DNA of 64,000 nucleotides from assembly GCA_000388065.2 (NCBI GenBank), contig KB932207.1; one strand, given 5' to 3'. The notes beneath the pieces are model-generated. The model was given only the letters and a program-made list of their open reading frames with translations. It did no database searches and was not told where the DNA came from. The position numbers were made by a program, and so were the translations under genes. The DNA comes from Fonticula alba ATCC 38817. Lineage: Eukaryota > Protista > Nucleariida. This document shows positions 61,218 through 64,000 of this stretch, in pieces; the first letter of the stretch is position 1, and every line of letters begins with the position of its first letter.

Positions 61218-63732
61218 TTAGCGGGCATTGCCACCCGGCCGGCGGCGCTGGCCCTGGCCCGGATGGCCGCCCCCCCGCGCGGAGAAGAAGGAGCTGAAGT
61301 CGCCGCCACCGCCGCCGCCCATCTCCGGCATGAAGAAGCTGCTGAAGTCCATGCCCTCGGGGAAGCCGCCGGACATGCGGACATTGGCCCCCTGGGGGAA
61401 GCCGCCGCCGGCAAAGCCACCGGGGAAGCCGCCGGGGAAGCCCCCGCCAGAGGAGAAGCTGAACACCCCGGCGCCCGGGTGGAAGGGGTGGCCGCCGCCA
61501 TGGCCCCCGGGGCCGAAGTCATCGACATCCATCATGTCGTCGGCGCCGCTGTCGTAGCGCCGGCGCTTGGCCGGGTCCGAGAGGACCTCATTGGCCTCGA
61601 CCAGCTCCTTGAAGCGGCGCTCGGCGTCCGGGTTGTCAATGTTCTTATCCGGGTGCAGGAGCAGGGCCTGGCGGCGGTAGGCCCGCTTGATGTCATCGGC
61701 CGAGGCATTGCGGTCGACCTCCATGATCTTGTAGTAATCCTTGCGGGAGGCCTTGCGCAGGAGGCGCTGCGCCTCGCGCAGGCCGCTCTGCAGCTCGCGG
61801 TCATGCTGCCCGCCCAGCGAGATGGCCTTCTGGTAGTCCTGCACCGCGTTGGAGTAGTCCTCCAGCTTGATGTAGCACTCGGCGCGGTTCTTCAGGGCCT
61901 TGACGAAATCCGGGTCCAGGGCCAGGCAGGAGGTGAAGTCACTGACGGCCTTGGTGAAGGCCCCGAGCTGCATGTGCGACAGGGCGCGGTTGGAGAAGAT
62001 GCGCGACCGGAGGTAGCTGCTCTCGGCCTCGCTGGCCAGGGCCGTGGTGTAGATGTCCACCGCCTGGGCGTAGCGCTTCTCCTTGTAGGCGGCATTGCCT
62101 TCGTTGCGGAGCTTCTGCAGGTCACGCAGGGCGCGCAGGGCGGTGCGCGAGCGCGCATGGTCCGGGTCCATGCGCAGGGCCTCCTGGTAGAAGGAGATGG
62201 CTGTGTGGGAGAGGGGGAGCGGGGCAGGCGGCCAAAGGGGGGATGGNNNNNNNNNNNNNNNNNNNNNNNNNNNNNNNNNNNNNNNNNNNNNNNNNNNNNN
62301 NNNNNNNNNNNNNNNNNNNNNNNNNNNNNNNNNNNNNNNNNNNNNNNNNNNNNNNNNNNNNNNNNNNNNNNNNNNNNNNNNNNNNNNNNNNNNNNNNNNN
62401 NNNNNNNNNNNNNNNNNNNNNNNNNNNNNNGGGGGGGGGGGGGCCGACGGTAGGCTGCCCCGGGGCAGGGGCTGCCAAGAACAGAGGTACGAGCGAAATG
62501 AGGGGGGGCGATTGCGCAGCCGGCCGGCACATACCCTTGTCAGCATCGCCCTCGTGGGCCGTGAGGAGACCCTTCTTGAAATAGAGGTCCGGGTTGCCGG
62601 GGTCCTCACGAATCATGTTGCTGTGTGTGGGTGGGTGGGTGGGTGTGTGGGTGTAGGGGTGTACGAGCGGGGAGTCGATGGAAAGGGGAAGAGAGTCAGC
62701 ATCGGGCGGCGGCCGCAGCGACAGGGCCGCGTGGAAAAGACGCAAGAGAGAAGGCACCAACACCGGCCTCGGGGGAGGCAGGGGGGGGGGGGTCGCCGGA
62801 TTCCGGGGCAAATGCGAGACGCACGTCACCAGGGTCTGCGCCTCGTTGAACTTGCGCAGGGCAATGTGAATATCAATCCAGAGCATGCGGATGGCAGTGC
62901 CCTCGGGGGCCAGGTTGACCGCAGTCTCGATGGCGTTGAGCGCGGGGCCAAACTCGCCGCGGTCGTACAGGCTCTTGGCCGTGTCGCGGCTGGTGGTCAT
63001 GCTGGCCACCGAAGCCAGGTCGCGCTTGTAGGCGGCGTTCGTGGGGTCCAGCTCGATGGCCTTGCGGAAGTGGCGCCCGGCCTCGGCATCGTCGCCGAGG
63101 GCAAGGTAGCACTTGCCGGCGCGGTTGTATGTCTGGTGGGGGAGGGGGGAGGGGGGAGGGGGAGGCGAAACAGCTGGCCGGGTCAGGACGGGGAGGGAGA
63201 GACCGAGGCAGAGAGAGATAGAGAGAGAGAGGAGGGCCTGTGGGAGGAAGACGCACCTTGGGGTTCATCGCATCCAGGCGCAGGGACTGCTGGCAGTCAA
63301 TCAGGGCCTGGCGGTACTGACGGAGCATGAGTCGCGCGGCGGCGCGGTTGGCGAAGTAAACCGGCGAGAGAGGGGCCTTCTCTGTGGAGGGCGCGAGAGG
63401 GGCGTCAGCGAGGGCGGGCGCAGGCGCGCGAAAGAGGCAGCGAGGGGGGAGGGGGGGAGGGGGCGGTTGCCACGCACCGATCGCCTGCGAGTAGTAGTCG
63501 ATCGAGTCGGTGTACTTCTTGTTGGAGTAGGCTACATTGCCGAGATTCTTGAACTTCTCGGCGCTGGTGATCAGGCACAGCCCCACGCGGGAGGCAGGGG
63601 GGACGGACGGAGAAAGGGAGGAGAAAGGATACGGGCAGGCAGGTGAGTGGCATGGGAGGAGGGGGGCGTGGCGGCGGCGGCGGCTACGGCGGCGGCAGCA
63701 GCAACAGGGACGCACAGCTCGGCGTTCGACAT
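61218..63732 (-). CDS. DNAJC7: DNAJC7/TPR2 co-chaperone (TPR repeats plus C-terminal J domain); multi-exon
   Basis: Seen: TPRs ([17 protein letters not shown]...YFANRAAA; [13 protein letters not shown]...FSNRAL), J domain KDYYKIM...[18 protein letters not shown]...[23 protein letters not shown], and a G/F-rich tail. Confidence 0.93.
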
Positions 63733-63966
63733 GGTCGCGGAAGGGAGAAAGGAGAGGAGAGGCCGGACGACGCGGGGATCTGCGTGCGTGTGTATGTGTG
63801 TGTATGTGTGTGTGTGTGTGTGCCGGCGGTGGCGGGTGGAGCAAGCGAGAGGGGGGGGGAAGAGGCGTGGTGCGAGAGGCAATCGGAGGTGAATGTCGGT
63901 GGCCGGTCCCCCCGGACGGGGTGTTCGGCCTTGGCGGCGCCTTTTTTCGCCGCGCCTTCCCCCCCC

Positions 63967-64000
63967 ATTTGCACATGCTGCTGACGTGCATGCGCTGGCT
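63967..64000 (+). repeat. Exact direct copy of POLG exon sequence 59978-60011, running off the window end
   Basis: Seen: ATTTGCACATGCTGCTGACGTGCATGCGCTGGCT (34 nt) occurs at both 59978-60011 and 63967-64000. Confidence 0.9.

Noticed and set aside
8689-63732. Possible catalytic loss in the other enzymes (REXO1, epoxide hydrolase, POLG, DNAJC7 J domain)
   Set aside because: Key residues are present: DEDDh, Asp-His-Asp plus two Tyr, exonuclease and polymerase Asp residues, and HPD.

Overview
This is GC-rich eukaryotic genomic DNA from a draft assembly with 12 N-gaps, most of them bordered by poly-C/G or microsatellite tracts. It is gene-dense, with GT-AG introns (donors mostly GTGCGC/GTGCGT/GTACGT/GTATGT, CTGAC/CTAAC branch points). 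I assembled 17 spliced protein-coding genes by hand: IK/RED-like (5' part only), a PabA-PabB fused aminodeoxychorismate synthase, REXO1/Rex1 exonuclease, Tul1/Dsc1 RING-H2 ligase, SHQ1, a CIR1/CWC25-family protein, dynactin p62, cornichon/Erv14, dynactin p150Glued, PEX2, an EPHX3/4-like epoxide hydrolase, PABPN1, an Eps15/Ede1-like EH protein, an RS-rich FAM133-like protein, cortactin, mitochondrial DNA polymerase gamma and DNAJC7. The repertoire points to a unicellular opisthokont; a nucleariid such as Fonticula would fit, but that is inference only. I found no supportable tRNA, rRNA, CRISPR array or transposon. Top observations: (1) the glutamine amidotransferase half of the ADC synthase has lost its whole Cys-His-Glu triad while the synthase half is intact; (2) a cortactin with only one partial actin-binding repeat; (3) two dynactin subunit genes about 4 kb apart; (4) an exact copy of POLG exon sequence restarting at the right edge of the window. 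Family calls rest on remembered motifs, not database searches, and exon boundaries are manual predictions.
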